From positions 96,784,001 through 96,848,000 of the forward strand of contig OZ076409.1 in NCBI GenBank assembly GCA_964187785.1: a DNA stretch of 64,000 nucleotides, read 5' to 3'. Both the position numbers and the translations under genes were made by a program. Positions within the stretch are counted from its first letter, which is position 1; every line of letters begins with the position of its first letter. This document shows positions 35,751 to 49,250 of the stretch, piece after piece. The stretch comes from Amphiscolops sp. MND2022 (lineage: Eukaryota). The notes below the pieces were generated by a model. It searched no databases. It worked only from the letters and a program-made list of their open reading frames with translations, and had not been told where the DNA came from.

Positions 35751-38700
35751 TCATTCGTGGTACAGTCCGAACACAATGCAGACTGCGAACAAGGTTTTAC
35801 TGGTGAAAGTGACTGTAAACTGGTTGTCGAACTTGGATTCCCACATGCAGCGACTGGACATTCTCAAATCCTGGTTTTTCACTTCTCCGATTGTGACCAA
35901 CACGATGAATTTGTACCTGGGAATGTTCATCTGAAGCAGTTGATGTTTAACATAATCAGCGAACTCCAGGGAGATCTCTTTGCATGCGTTTGAATACGTT
36001 ATGCCCTCCAGTTGTTCGTCAAACAACGTTTTAATCATGTTCGTCACCTTCGCTTTGCAGTGTCCAAACCTGGGAAGAAAATTACAGTTACATGACATTT
36101 CGTCCTATGCAATTTCAACCTATGCACTTTCAACCGTTGCCATTTCAACCGCTCACAATTTCAACCTATTGCATTTTTAACCGTCCACCGTTTCAACCTA
36201 AACTAATTTTGGCTATGTAGTCTTAATTCGGTTGAGCTATTCTTTCAGTGTAATAGTTACTAATGAATCAAACAGCCTTAATTAATTTTAATTATTCATG
36301 AAGAAGCCAAAACGTATCGAAACTGGCGTAAAAATTAGCACATTTGAATTTAGAAATGTATGAAACTTAAAACCACCAAACTAGTTATGTAACTAATTAG
36401 GATCCATTACCGAAAATTAGCTTAGGTCGAAATTGCGAACGGTTGAAAATGCAATAGGTTGAAATTGTGAGTGGTTGAAATGGCAACGGTTGAAAGTGCA
36501 TAGGTTGAAAGTGCATAGGATGAAATGTCCTGACACAGAAAATTACTGTTTGTTTTACAGAACTACTAAACTACTAGATCGTCCAATTCCGGCCGGCAGA
36601 AACTTGCAAAGTGCAAAGTGCCCCCCCCCCCTTTCATTATTCCCTTTTTTAACGTAACATACAAAATCAAACGAGACCAAAGACTCCCCGATCGATTTTT
36701 TTTGTTCCAAAAGGTCCCCCCTTCGAGTTTTGTGATATTTTGCAATAGAATGTATGTTAATAAATCTCACAGAGTCCCCCCATTACATTTTTCGGCACTA
36801 TGCGACATTTTCCGAAAGAAAAAAATCGAAGTTAAAATGAATGTCCCTTTTTGTTTCAGTTGGGGAAAAAGTGGTTTCCGATTCTTATCGAGCATGAAAG
36901 GCACCTTTTGAGTGTCTCCAAACTGTTTTCTGAGCTTTTCAAAAATAGGTCCTGGGCATGTTTCAAAATCTTTGCGCTTTTTGAGCCTTAGATATAGCGC
37001 CGACTTTAGACGTTCTCGTTTTGTTAAATCTAGGTGGGGATCGAAGTGTCTCCCTGTTGAATTTTTCCGCACTGTGCGACTTTTTCAAATTTATTTTTTC
37101 CAAAAGTCTCCTTGGAATGTTGGTGCCTTCACGTTGTTCGAGGGTAGATTGGTGAGATACTTGGAGGACATGAAGCTTTTTGCGATTTAAGCTGGGTGCC
37201 AAAGTCGGAGGTTCTCAACTTCTTTGAATTTCATCTTGTTCGACAGTTCACTACGTGATATAAAAAGGACCTTTTTTGGAATTGTGTTTGCAGAAATACT
37301 TTTCTACAGAAATGCTCGAAAATTAGAAGTCACAGGTGTATCATTTTTGGTACCATACGGTTTTTTTTTCATCACTAAATTGCCAAAATTTTCACATCAT
37401 TGGAGAAGTTGTTAACTCATTAGAAGTTGTTTTTTGGGTTTCAGTCAATATTGTTTTGCGGAATGAATATCTGGTCGCGTATCTCGGTCCATGTTTTGGG
37501 TCCAAATTTTGGGTTTTCCGGGTACTGTAAAAGATAATACTTGACATTTTGAAGTCCAATTGCTATTTTTGAGCCTAAGATATGGCGCCGTCTTAGAAAG
37601 AAGTTAGAATTATTTATCATTAGTGTTTGAAGAATCCAGTAAAAAGTTCAAGAATTTAGAAAAGTGTTGAAGAATCCAGAAAAGTGTTCAAGAATTTAGA
37701 AAAGTGTTCAAGAATTCAGAAAAGTTTTCAAGAAATGAGAAAAGTGTACAAGAAATGACAAAATGCGAAGAATCCTCACACCAATGATGTTACATGTGCA
37801 GCATAGATTGTCACTATTATGAAGAATCCACAAATCAATTTTCTCATTTCTTGAAAATTTCACTTTTGCACTGCTAATATTAGTGTGTGAATTCTACAAT
37901 CATTTTGGCGGCACTGCCATTTTCTTTGAAGTGCACAACTTTGGTCAATTCTTGAAAATAGATTTTGGTAGGTGAGAAAACCAACTTTTGTCAATTCTTG
38001 AAAACATCAAAACTTCCCCGATTGGCGTCGTAATGATGTCGTTCCCGGCTTGTTTGCGCTTCTATGCGTTTTTTATACTCTTATCAGTAATAAGTTTCTA
38101 CGAGCCCATCTTGACATTGTTTCGATCGAGATTCGCTCGAGATCGAGAGCCATGTAAAGTTTATGAAAAGGAATTAATTGTCATGAATCGCCTTGTTAGT
38201 CGGCGCTTTTCTTTAGAAAAGAGTCGACTATAGTCATGGCTTTTCGTCAGTGTTTTTAAGACCACCTGAACTGACCAAATTAGTTCTACCAAAAGTTCTA
38301 CAAAGTTTTCAGAAGACGCCAAAATATACCTGTTGGCCCAAAGAACTGAACCAAAAAGGTTTCCCGCGTAACATACAATACCGGACGAGACCGAAGGGTC
38401 CATTTTTTCGGCACTGTGCGACTTTTTTTCAAAAAAAAAAATTTTTCACCATGAAAGGCCCCCCTTCATTTTTGGAGTTTTGCAACAGAATGGATGTTGA
38501 AAAATCTCAAAGGGTCCTCCCTTTCAGTTTTTTTGGCATTGTGAGACTTTTTTTCAATTTTTTTTCATAAAAATAGTCCCAATTCACCAATACAGTTCTG
38601 TCCAACTTTTAGGTTTTTCGGGTACTGTAAAAAATACTTGAAATTTTGAAGTCCTTTTGCTATTTTTGAGCCTTGGATATGGCGCCGACTTGGGCCGTTC

Positions 38701-41700
38701 CCGGCTTGTTTTTTCTTTCGAAACTGCTTTAACTTCTTTGAAGCTGATACGACTCCGAAATTAATTGTTTAAAAAAATTAATTGTGTAAAGAGTTTGTTT
38801 TTTAACAAACAACCTTTTTTTGCAGTCATTTCTATGGCATGCAATTAATTGTCAAGACAGTTCCCTTTGATGTGGGGACCCTAGTTGAAAAATTCATTTT
38901 TTGAAAAATTCTTACAAATTATTTGACACTAACCACTACCTCTTACATGATTTTTGTAAGATTTGAAAATTTCAGCTAAAATGGTTCAGCAATTGCATGA
39001 GTTTTTCAAACCTTTCATAATTTACATTGTTCGGCTTGAGGAATTATTGGAATAAAGTCGACGCTAATCAATCACAAAAAAATCATTGGAGCGATAAATA
39101 GTAACCCTGTTAACGTAAATTGCTTGCATTTCGGAGATGCAGATGATATTCGAACCTGACACAAAAAAACCTGAAAAATTTTTAACTAATTTTCGTCAGA
39201 AACTAGTTTTTTCGAAAATCTATCGCATCGATGAAAAATTACCCAACGCATTTTTTGTAAGACTTTCATACGAATAGCAAACTTTGCAAAAATGTTATCA
39301 GAATCTTGTAAGAAACTTTTGACATTGTACCGAACTTGCAAAATGTGCCATTATTGTACAAACTTTGTGAGAAATGCATTATTGGCGAGAATTTCGACGG
39401 ATTTTTGCAAAACTTGTGATTTCCGAAAACTAGGGAAACAACCTCTAGGTTGTTAAATTCAATCAACCAGTTCTGTTTTTTTTTCTCGAAAAAAATAGCA
39501 TAACCTAGTTTTTGTCTCATAGAGTCTAACATTCGGGACTTCGATTGCAATTGCTTTCGTTTTGGATGTTCTATTTCTTGGTTAAGTAGAAGAAATAAAG
39601 GTTTTTCTAAAAGTATCTCTTTTAACTCAAAGTAATGTCAATGCGATCTCTTCTATCACTATATCTAGCATCAAATGATTTGACCTCAATACAACGTAGG
39701 ATTAGGTTGTTTACAAATATATAAACATAAGCTCTACAAATTTGGTCTATGAGATTTAAGTTTGATTGACAATGTCACCGTAGAATTCGGTATCGGTATT
39801 CACACCGTATTTGATTGGATTCGTTTTGGATTGCAGAGAATCGATCTACCGAATTAGACATATACCCCGATTACCTCTTTTGAGATTACCTCTTCTCAGA
39901 TAGAATTCAATTTGAATGGCGAATGACTTCAGAGCAATTAGTTTTCACAAAAATATTTTTTCCTTTCAAAGCAGTTTTAAAGCGTTCTTGAGGCGACGAT
40001 TACAACCATTTTATTGTAATCTTATCTTAGTCCTTCGTTTGAGTTTCTCACATCCTTGCAGATCCTTGCAGGGTCTGTAAACAAACTACCAAAACAAATT
40101 GCCTCGTCAACTCAGATTTAATGCTTGAAAAATGGAGTTTTCCACCTTTCTATGTGAACAATCCGGGAACGGCTTAAGGCTCAACAAAATAGCAAAAGAA
40201 CTTCAAAGTTTCAAGTATTCTCTTCCACACTACCCGAAAAACCCAAAGGGGTCCGAATTGGCGCTCTGGGGTCCCTTTGTGGTTTTTTAACATCCATTCT
40301 GTTGCAAAATATCAAAAATTTGGCGAGAATAAAAACTTTTCAAAAAAAGGTCTCATAGTGCCGAAAAAAATCAAAAGACGGATCCTTTAGTCTCGTCCGG
40401 TTTCATATGCTACGCTAAAAAAGGAACAACTCTTATAGTTCCGTTCCCTGTGCCAAATGGTACAATTTGGCGCCTTAAAGTTTTGTAGAACTATTTCGGT
40501 CAGTGCGTGTGGATTGAAAAAAAAAGAGTCACTAGTATAGTCGCGTTTCACTAAAAATGAAATCATGACCTTTCTGGGTTAAAAAAGAAGTAAATTGCAT
40601 TAGGTCGGAGATTGGTGCCACTTTTGAAAACCACGTGAATTAACTTAACTGATTACGCGTCTATGTTTTGGTGTTATTCTTGGAGAGATCTTTTGGACAT
40701 TCAAGATAAAAAGCAACAGGATTTACAAGAAAAGATAAAATTGAGAACCAATTTGCAACGGCAACACACACATCTAATCTCAAGTCAATTTTGTTATTCG
40801 CATTTTCACTACTTTCTAAATAGCAGTTTCTCTTAACTATCTCGAAAATCAGCTATCTAAACTGAGATATGAAACGAGTTTTCCATCACGCGTTAATATG
40901 AGGATATTCATGAGTCGAAACGTTAATTAGCATTGGTAACTTTATTGGTTTAGCTGCTCGGCGTGCATTTTTCAACTCTTTAAACATGGAAAACTTGCTT
41001 TGAAATATGCGAAATCACTCGAATCCGAATCTCATTTCAGTATTATACCATAAATAATGATTCATCATAGAAATATTGGCTTCCTTTGATGAAATAAAAA
41101 GAGATTCAGTTTTTTTCGCAGCGGTATTCTGATGATGACCGGAACTCTTTTACGAGCTGCGGCTTCTTGCCTAGTTGAAACTGCTTGAAACTTCTGCCTG
41201 ATTTCATAGGCTGCCAATCACTTTTAGCTTGATTTTGGTAGTTTCATAGAAAATCATTAATGCTAAAATTAGATTTAAATACGTTCCCTGATGCGAAGCT
41301 ATTTCTTCAGGTATTTATTAGGATTCCTATACAATTTGGCGGATTTTCAGAGCAACATCAAGGAAAATCAAGATAAAATCCCCGTGAAATTTTCCATGTT
41401 TTGGGTAAAATCTCAAATTTTGTGAGTGCTGACGCTACGATATGATGTAAACATTTTTTTACTTGCGCCAGTGTGGCAAACAAATTCGTAAAACTGGATT
41501 TTTCCGAGAGAAAAATTTTTTCATGAATGCAAGCTTCTTCTAATTAGGTTAAATATTCAGCAGGCCAAATGCAGCTTCTATTTGGGGTAAGAAATACGGC
41601 AGCGGTAAGTATTTACCGTACAAACCCACAAAAATTTCGCTCGTAAAAATTGTAATATTTGTAAACAAGTCTCAGATAACTGTCCTGTCAATCTTTCCAA

Positions 41701-43215
41701 TCGGAGCTCTCATTACGTAATAAAATCTCCAACAAAAGATGATTTGAACTCTCAGTGAAATTTTAGACATCTTTACCAGTCACTTTGTTTGCACTTCCGA
41801 TGTGTTCTTTGACACTCGAATGTGTGAAAGCTATGTTGTCAAATTGAATCATTGACAAATTGAATTTCAGCGTTCAAAGTTGTTTTGAAACATTTGTTGA
41901 CAAATATTTGAAATTTTGAGAGCACAGCATTTTTGGTGCGTTCCGTTTTTAGCCGGCGCCTTTTCCCTTAAGGAAAAAAGTCCGACTGTTACAGTGAGTA
42001 GTTTTTTTCAGTTGACAATCTCACTCTGAGTGGTCCACTTTTTACAATTTGTTCATTTGTTCAACTTCGACCAATTTTCTGAACCCAGAGAGCGCGGTTT
42101 AATTGATTTTTTCCAAATGTTTCCAATAGTTGTTCCTTGAATATTTTTGAGCCTTAGATATGGCGCCGACTTGGGACGCTCCCGTCTTGTTTTAGTTCAC
42201 CTAGTATAGCTAGCCTGATTTTGGGCTCTAGACGGTAGGTGTTTTCGTACTCAATGTGTCCCGCCGGCTGATCGCTGGGGTCTGCTTTGGGAATGGGTTC
42301 AACTATGTTGGTTGTCTGGTATCTTCCTGTTAGCGAGCATTGCAATTTTGAATTGAATCAAAAGTTTGGAAACGCCAACGTGAAAAAAACACTGAATTTA
42401 TCGAATACAATGTAAATTAAAGTTTCGTTTCTAAATAAGTAAAGTAAAAGAACACTGAAATCGATAATTTTATGATAAAAATTATCATGAAAGATGGCAG
42501 TGTTCAAATAATTCAAATTGAATCTTATGCTAGGCAATGCAGGTTTCTTCCTATATGGAGACTAGAATCTAAATCCTCTAAAATCAAAAAAATCGTTTAT
42601 TTAGGAATGAAATAGGGTAATTAAATTGTAAGTAAAACGGTATTCCCACCAACATATGATATTGTAATATAGTCTATTTGCATTCAAGGCATGATTTTTG
42701 TAACACCAGTCTTTGAATTCACTTTTCATGGTGTCTTTCCTTTCAACAGATCTTTTTGATACAGTTTAGACAGTAAGGTCAAATAACTACAAAGGTCATT
42801 CATTTTTTTGTTTAGGTCACTTCTGTTGAAAATGCAATAGCTGGACGCTAGACGATTTGTAAATCGTCACCGCAGCCCATTTTTTGAACCACGGTGTATT
42901 TTTTGTCCGATTTTGAAACTCCAAAAATTGTAATTTTATTTTTCCCATACTGTCGCTTCTACGCCACGGTGTCAGTGATGCATGCTACATGGCGGTAATT
43001 GCGTGGGCGGTAACTGCCAAGGCGGTAATTGCGTGGGCGGTAATTGCGTGGGCGGTAATTGCGTGGGCGGTAATTGCAATGCTCTTCTCACCTATCGCAT
43101 GTATGGCGTCTCTCTTGAGCCGGAGAGTTTTGGCGAACTTTTTGGTTGCCAGAAGTCCTCTGATGCTCCCAACTCCGTTGATGCCTCCGAAAGCAGCAAA
43201 GTTGATGCCACTCAT
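35751..43215 (-). CDS. Tctex-1 domain dynein light chain (TCTEX1D/DYNLT-like), 184 aa. Exons 43215-43092, 42326-42215, 36069-35751
   Basis: YENTYRLEPKIR|F joins PRYKFIVLVTIGE...SSRCMWESKFDN...FAVCIVFGLYHE*; phases match (555 nt); second donor is GC. Confidence 0.85.
36086..36536. mobile_element. MITE with about 110-bp TIRs built of 15-bp TTTCAACC repeats (Mutator/foldback-like)
   Basis: Long inverted arms; flanking direct repeat AGAAAATTAC at 36076-36085 and 36537-36546. Confidence 0.8.
36547..37025 (+). mobile_element. HINE-like element (5' part missing or split)
   Basis: Family 3' end gagccttagatatagcgccgactttagacgttctcgttttgtt. Confidence 0.6.
37620..37775 (+). repeat. 20-bp minisatellite (agaaaagtgttcaagaattt)
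   Basis: About 7 degenerate units; lies in a segment that interrupts a HINE 3' end (37594 / 38038). Confidence 0.75.
38196..38710 (+). mobile_element. HINE-like element
   Basis: ttagtcggcgc ... gcgccgacttgggccgttcccggcttgtt. Confidence 0.75.
40157..40555 (-). mobile_element. Degenerate HINE-like element
   Basis: Reverse-complement family motifs ccgggaacggc, gctcaacaaaatagcaaaag, tagtcgcgtttcac. Confidence 0.6.
41946..42191 (+). mobile_element. Short HINE-like element
   Basis: ttttagccggcgc ... gcgccgacttgggacgctcccgtcttgtt. Confidence 0.7.
42990..43078 (+). repeat. 15-bp tandem repeat (ggcggtaattgcgtg) x6 in intron 1 of the Tctex gene
   Basis: Directly visible. Confidence 0.9.
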
Positions 43216-44046
43216 AGTTTCTGCTTGTTATTTGTAAATAATCCGAAATTACTACTTGCCTGGTTATGTAGGAATGTCAGAAATTAAAATTTGAACCGTC
43301 CGATGATAACCCATGTTGAGTACTCCCTGTGAATCTGTACAGATCTGTACAGATCCTGACAGATATTCCAGGATTTGTCGAAAAGTAACTAGTCATAATT
43401 AGGGTTTTGAAATTGAAATTAGCTGATTAAAAAGTGCTCTACAAGATAAACACGTCTCTTAATTGAAGTTTTAAAAAATTTCTGTGCGAATTTGTGCAGA
43501 TCTGTACAGATCCTGACAGATATTCCAGGATTTTTACAAAATTAACCATACGAAAATGACCAATAAATTACTATAACGTATTCCAAGTTTCCAATAGTTA
43601 CTAAAACTACTCCAACAAACCATGTTCCCGGAATAGTACAGCAACAACACTTTATCAGAACATCTACCTACCCAAAAGGTTGCCGTATTTCAGACTTAAG
43701 TCAATTTGGTGATTCTACTAAACAAGTGCAGACTCGTATGAGACTTCGTTGGATGGCCGTTTCTTGTTAAAGAGTTGTTTTTTTGAAAAAATTAAGCGGT
43801 CGGTAATTAGTTACACAACCAAAAGAAGTTTTTAAAAATTCTCGGCCTAAAATAAACATAGACAGGTTTTGCTCGGGTTCGGAATTTTGATAATCACCGT
43901 AACTTTTCCTTTTTTTTCTGTGGAATTCCCCGAAAAGGGAGAAAAATTCTCTTTGTTATTCCACGGTTTGTCGAAAAGCTTGAAAATGAACATTCCTACG
44001 AAAAACCTCCGCTATGATAGACAAGAAAATTGAGTTATTCGCATTG

Positions 44047-44410
44047 TTTTTAGTCGGCGCTTTTAGAATAGAAGAGCCCGGCTAATACAATCACTCGTTT
44101 TTTGTTCTTTTTTTTGTTTTTCTTACAAGACATACAAAACCGGACGAGACTGAAGGGTCCCTCTTTCAATTTTTTTGGCACTGTGCGACTTTTTTTTGAT
44201 TTTTTTGTCTCCATAGGGTCCCCCCTTCGATTTTATTGAAGTTCCTTCTCGTAATATCCGGAGTAAAGCGTTATATCAGAACTATATTGCGTTTTAGTAA
44301 CGAGGCGGCGGAGGTTCGAAAAATTGTCATGAAAACGCCCTACGCATATTTTGAAACTGGGCTTTTTGAGCCTTAGATATAGCGCCGACTCTAGACGTTC
44401 CCGTCTTGTT
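44047..44410 (+). mobile_element. HINE-like element
   Basis: ttttagtcggcgc ... gcgccgactctagacgttcccgtcttgtt. Confidence 0.75.
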
Positions 44411-45959
44411 AAATTTTATCCTACTTATTTTAAAGTGAAAAAATGAGAAACCTTCGCTGGTAAGCTTTTCTGACATCCCTCTACGTACCTGCAGTGAAAT
44501 TGATGAAAAAAAAAACTAGAAAAAAACAAAGTCATTGCTCATTTTACGGCTCTTAATGTCACGCTTCATGATTCAACATCTGCTTTGCATGCAAATGGCT
44601 AATTACGTCATTTAGGAAAGAAACAAACGATCAATTCCTTGTTTTGGGGCTCAATTTACTGTTTATCTGTGATTGATCCGATCCCCCTTAGAATTCAAAT
44701 TTTCAGTGCAAAAATTTTCAACAAGGATCTTCAAGTTTACTTTCGACTTTGGTACCTGCTTATTACATCAAGAATTTTACATGCTTATCATGAAAGTATT
44801 AATGGTTTCAGCAGTCGTTTCTTTATGAGATGTATTTTTATCTCAAATTTTTAAATTATATTTTTGAAGCATTTCAACTGTTTCTCCACCAACGTTGTTG
44901 CTTTTTTCACAAAGAAACAAGTGAATTATCAACAAAAATGCAGTCTATAGATCAAAATATTAACAAGAAAACTAACATGAAACAAATGGGGAAAAATATT
45001 TCACAACGTAGTTCGTCAAAAACTCAGAAAACTGCTCGGAAAAACATCGATTGGGAACATTCAAAAATGAATCAACAATCAGCTGCAATAAGCAGGGATT
45101 AGTATTTTGATGTATGACTGTTTTTGTTGTTTACTTTCTGGGACCGTAAATGGCATCCTGATTCACTTTTTCAAGACTTGAGTAACGAAAATGCAAAAAA
45201 AAAACATTTCCAATCGGAAGTTTCAGATACAGAAATCTATATGTAATCAAAGTTGATTTTTCCTTGATACTTTAATAATATCAGCCTGAATTGTTGTATG
45301 TATCCATTAGTGATAGCGAAACGTTCTCTCAAAATAGAGTTGGAGGATTTTTGCACTGCGTTTGAAGCAGTTTTTCATAATTCTGAGATTAAACGGTATA
45401 CAGCTAGTCGTGCTCGAAACAGCCTGAATGTGTGAGGATCAGCCGCTTCCATCCCTGCTACGAAGTAATATCATCGACTTCAATGCCCTAGTCGAGCCTG
45501 CATGGCCTTCTAACAAACTGAAAGAATGCATGCACGGAAGTTTTTTTTCAAAAAACTAGCGAAGTCGGGGATCATGCAGGAAAAAAACTTGAAAAACTTC
45601 CATGCATCTTTGAAACTCTTTAACTCTTTGAAGTATTTCACAGTGCTTCAAAAAAACCACCGCAACTTGCTAAATCGCTGGCATAAAAAATTTAATTTTC
45701 CTGGGAACACTTCTTGAAAAATACTTCATCCAATCACAAATTTCGAAATAGAGTCCGCTTCTTCCAAGAAAACGTTGTTTTCTCTCGGAACCTTGTTCAG
45801 AAAAAAGTATCGAATTTTGTACGAAAGAAAGTACGGTTTTGTATGATACAAGTAACTGGACCAAAAGCAAGAGAGGCAAGGATATCAGAACAGCTTCTAA
45901 GGACAAATGATGGAACCTTGTCAATACCACATGCACTAGAATGAGGCATTTTCTCAACA

Positions 45960-47250
45960 GATACTCAATATCGAGAATAGACAGTTGAAAGTCATCTAGA
46001 TAAGTAGAAGGTTATCAGAGGTCTCAGAAAACCGATAATAGTTCATCTCGTTGAAGACTGATGCAAAATGAACGTTGAACTCTGAAGTTTTTTGATCGCT
46101 ACTCGGAGCTTTTGTGTTGTGAAACATCACTGAGGGTAGTAACTTGCTTAATCCCAGGCTGCGTAATACTGTGTAGAAACATGAAACACTAGCTAGAAGA
46201 TGAGAAATCAAATGGATTAACGAAACGAACCATTGGTTGTATAGTTCAAAAGAATCTGAAATAGCTTTCGCAATTTCTTCGAGTTTGTAGCTTGCAGGCA
46301 AGTATTGTACTTCGATAAGTTACGAAGACTTGTATATCTGGTATGTAATAAAAGAACAGTGTGAGATGAAAGGTATAACGGCAGAGACAGTCGTTTAGCA
46401 CGTTTCGTTGCAACAAAGTTGTTTAGCGATAAAGATAAAATCAGACGCCAATTTTTCGAGATTTTGTTTTCATGCTGTTTGAGATATAATCAAAGCTAAA
46501 CAGGCTCAATAAAAGCAGTAAACAACCATTGAATGACATCACTATAAAAGGTCATTTGGTACGCATTTCTTGAAGTTTTTTGATCTGAGAAACAAATCAG
46601 GGCTAATCGACACGGCTGAACAATGACTATTAAGAAATACAAGGTTTAAAATGCTTTGTCTTTTTTGGGTAGGCTCATGAACCATCTGAACCAAGTCTTT
46701 TCAACAATAAAACAAAAAACAACGTTCTATTGAAGATGTGGAAGAATAGGATTTGCAGTCGACGCTGGGAAAGTTAAAATCACCAAGAGTGTTTACATTT
46801 TGGGTACCAGTTTATTCGAATGGTTGTAGGATATCAACGAATGTTTTTGAGAAGCTTCCATGCATGGGAAGTTTCCAAACGGTTTTCAAAAAAGTAGTAG
46901 GGAAGATTGACACCCGATTAAGAGAATGAAGGAACATCGTGAAGAGTTTGACTAGCGATGGTGAAATTCCACAATGCTAATGTCAGTTGAAGAAATTGGA
47001 ACGTTGATGTATGAGCAAGTTACGAGCCAACATGTTCGCTGCAAAGTTCAATGGGGAGGACAAAATACGAGTCAATAACTTCTTCATAAAGCCATCTTTC
47101 CGTAAGAAATACTAAGGTAACCGTTAGAATTGCACAAACGGGGTAAACTTATACGGTCTTCTAATGGACGTATTCATTGAGAGCTCGCTAGCACTCATCT
47201 CAGATGATGTAGTCAAGTAGCTTCAAACTCAACTTCTATGTTTTGAAAAG
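45960..47250 (-). mobile_element. Highly decayed APE-type LINE remnant (CR1/L2-like)
   Basis: LGDFNFPSVD near 46760-46790 and FNVHFASVF near 46060; heavily disrupted. Confidence 0.55.
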
Positions 47251-48609
47251 CGCTTATATTGCCTACTATGCTCCAACCCATGTGCTGAATACTATCATCT
47301 TCTTCAACTTTTTCAACGTATTTTTCTTCCTTTTTTCAGATTTTTTCCAGGAATCCCTGTATTGAAAAACTGAGCTTCAGAGGAACGTTTCGTGGAAATT
47401 GAATTAGAATTTCGATAGCTTCTTCGAGGTTTTCATTCATGTCAGATAAGACATTTTGAATCAGACCAGGTACAATTTTAGTGACTGGATTTTTATTTGT
47501 GGCTTGAAAACTAATTCCAAATTAGCGCCAGTAAAAGAAAAAGAGACGGCTTCGGTATTGGCAGTGCAAGGCACTCGTCACTGTTTCATTGGATGTTAGG
47601 CTTGCGCGCCAGCAAGACATTATCATCAGGCGTGAGTCCAGCAAAGGAACCATGAATCAAGGTTGCACATCGTCAACACCCAATACAACCCATGTCGTCG
47701 TCTTCAACCAACTTTCTGCTGTAACCACGTTTAGTTGTTGATTTAGAACCAGACTTTGGTTTGACCTCGAGCGTCATTCCATCATATATGAATCTATTTA
47801 ATATAAAGATTCATCTGTCCTTAAGTCATCGCAAACCAACGATTATGAACTCGATTTCGGCGTTCGGGAGCACTGTTGGAAAACCACTGGTGATGGCATC
47901 TTCTGTTTCCCACTTTCGTTGTCGTAACGAGTTGGCCACTGAATTCTATTGAACTCAAATTTTTGGACAGCAGATATTCTTTTGTCTCGTCCATTGTCGT
48001 CGATTCTCACGCGCTGCATTGAAAGCAAATATTGTTTTTTTTTCGAAAAGAATTTTTGGCTAACACTACCTTCATCTTTATCTATACTAACTCTGAACGT
48101 TTGTTTTCCGAGAGCTATCAATACATCATTCGTATCGCGTGGTGTATGTAGTTCGGCTATCGGATTTATTCCAGGAAATGTCGTGAAGATTTGGATTTTA
48201 ACTCGAGTTCTTTCAGCGTATGTTCCAAATTGTTGCAATGGGGTTGTGTTTCCAAACCGTGCCTTTAACGTTGTGAGATACTTTTCAATTGATTTTTCCC
48301 AGTATGACGTTCCCGTGATACAAATTTTCTTCCTTGGTAGACTTTTCGTATTGAGATGCTTCCAAACGTCACATCGACACAATTGAATTCCACTCACATA
48401 CATTGCAATGCCAATGAACAGCAGCATATTTCGAAAGTGCGGGAAGACTTTCTCATCAGGTGAACAAGAATCATGCTGCAAATGGAGTCCTAAAGATACT
48501 TCACTGGTTGTTTGCATTGTGGACAGTGGAACGAGTTAAAACGTCGAAAGTTAAAATTACGAACGTCAAAATGTCGAAAATTCGTGTTTTCAGCATTTCG
48601 AGTCGCTTC

Positions 48610-49250
48610 TACGACGATTCATTTTACGTCTCGGAGCCAACATCTGTGTTGCGCTTACGTGCCACAGTGGTAAAAGAGTTGAAGAGACGGGTTTACACGG
48701 TCTTTCTTGCACCACGAGTGCTGGTCGCTTCTCACCTCATGCAACTCTGAATTCTCTTGTGAAGCAGACATTGGGGCCTCTCGAGGACTTGCCTTCAATG
48801 CTTGAGCCGCGTGGACTGTACTGAACTCTTGGCAAACGCTCAGACGGTGTCATCATGATTCCTTGGGAAAGGGGTAAACAGCTGGTGAGGGATGTCGCGG
48901 TTTTGAACACTCTTGCACACGGTCGCCTGAATCAAGGCTCCTTATTCAATCCGGGAACCACCGCCACCGAGTGTGAAGCGCGTAAAATTGAGAAGTATCG
49001 CGAATTGACAGACAGTGGACACGTTTTACAATCAGTGGCCTTGAATGTACAGGGTTATTCAGGCGGGAGCAGTGAATATCTCGTTACGCGTCTCTGTAGG
49101 GTGCTCTGTCGTTCGAACGACGATCAACAATCAGATATTTTTGGGAAGCAAAGGATACCAATGGGTCTTCTGATCGGCAATCCAGCCTGTGTTTTAGGAA
49201 CTGTGAGCGATAAAGATGTTTTTGAAGAAATTAATAACATATAGGTATTG
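48610..49250 (+). mobile_element. 3' fragment of a CRE-like RLE non-LTR element (same family as 51628-54950)
   Basis: MLEPRGL, DGVIMIPWERGKQLVRDV, KQRIPMGLLIGNPACVLGT. Confidence 0.75.

Noticed and set aside
42982..43287. GGNCV / AVIAW repeat peptides
   Set aside because: Translations of a 15-bp intronic tandem repeat
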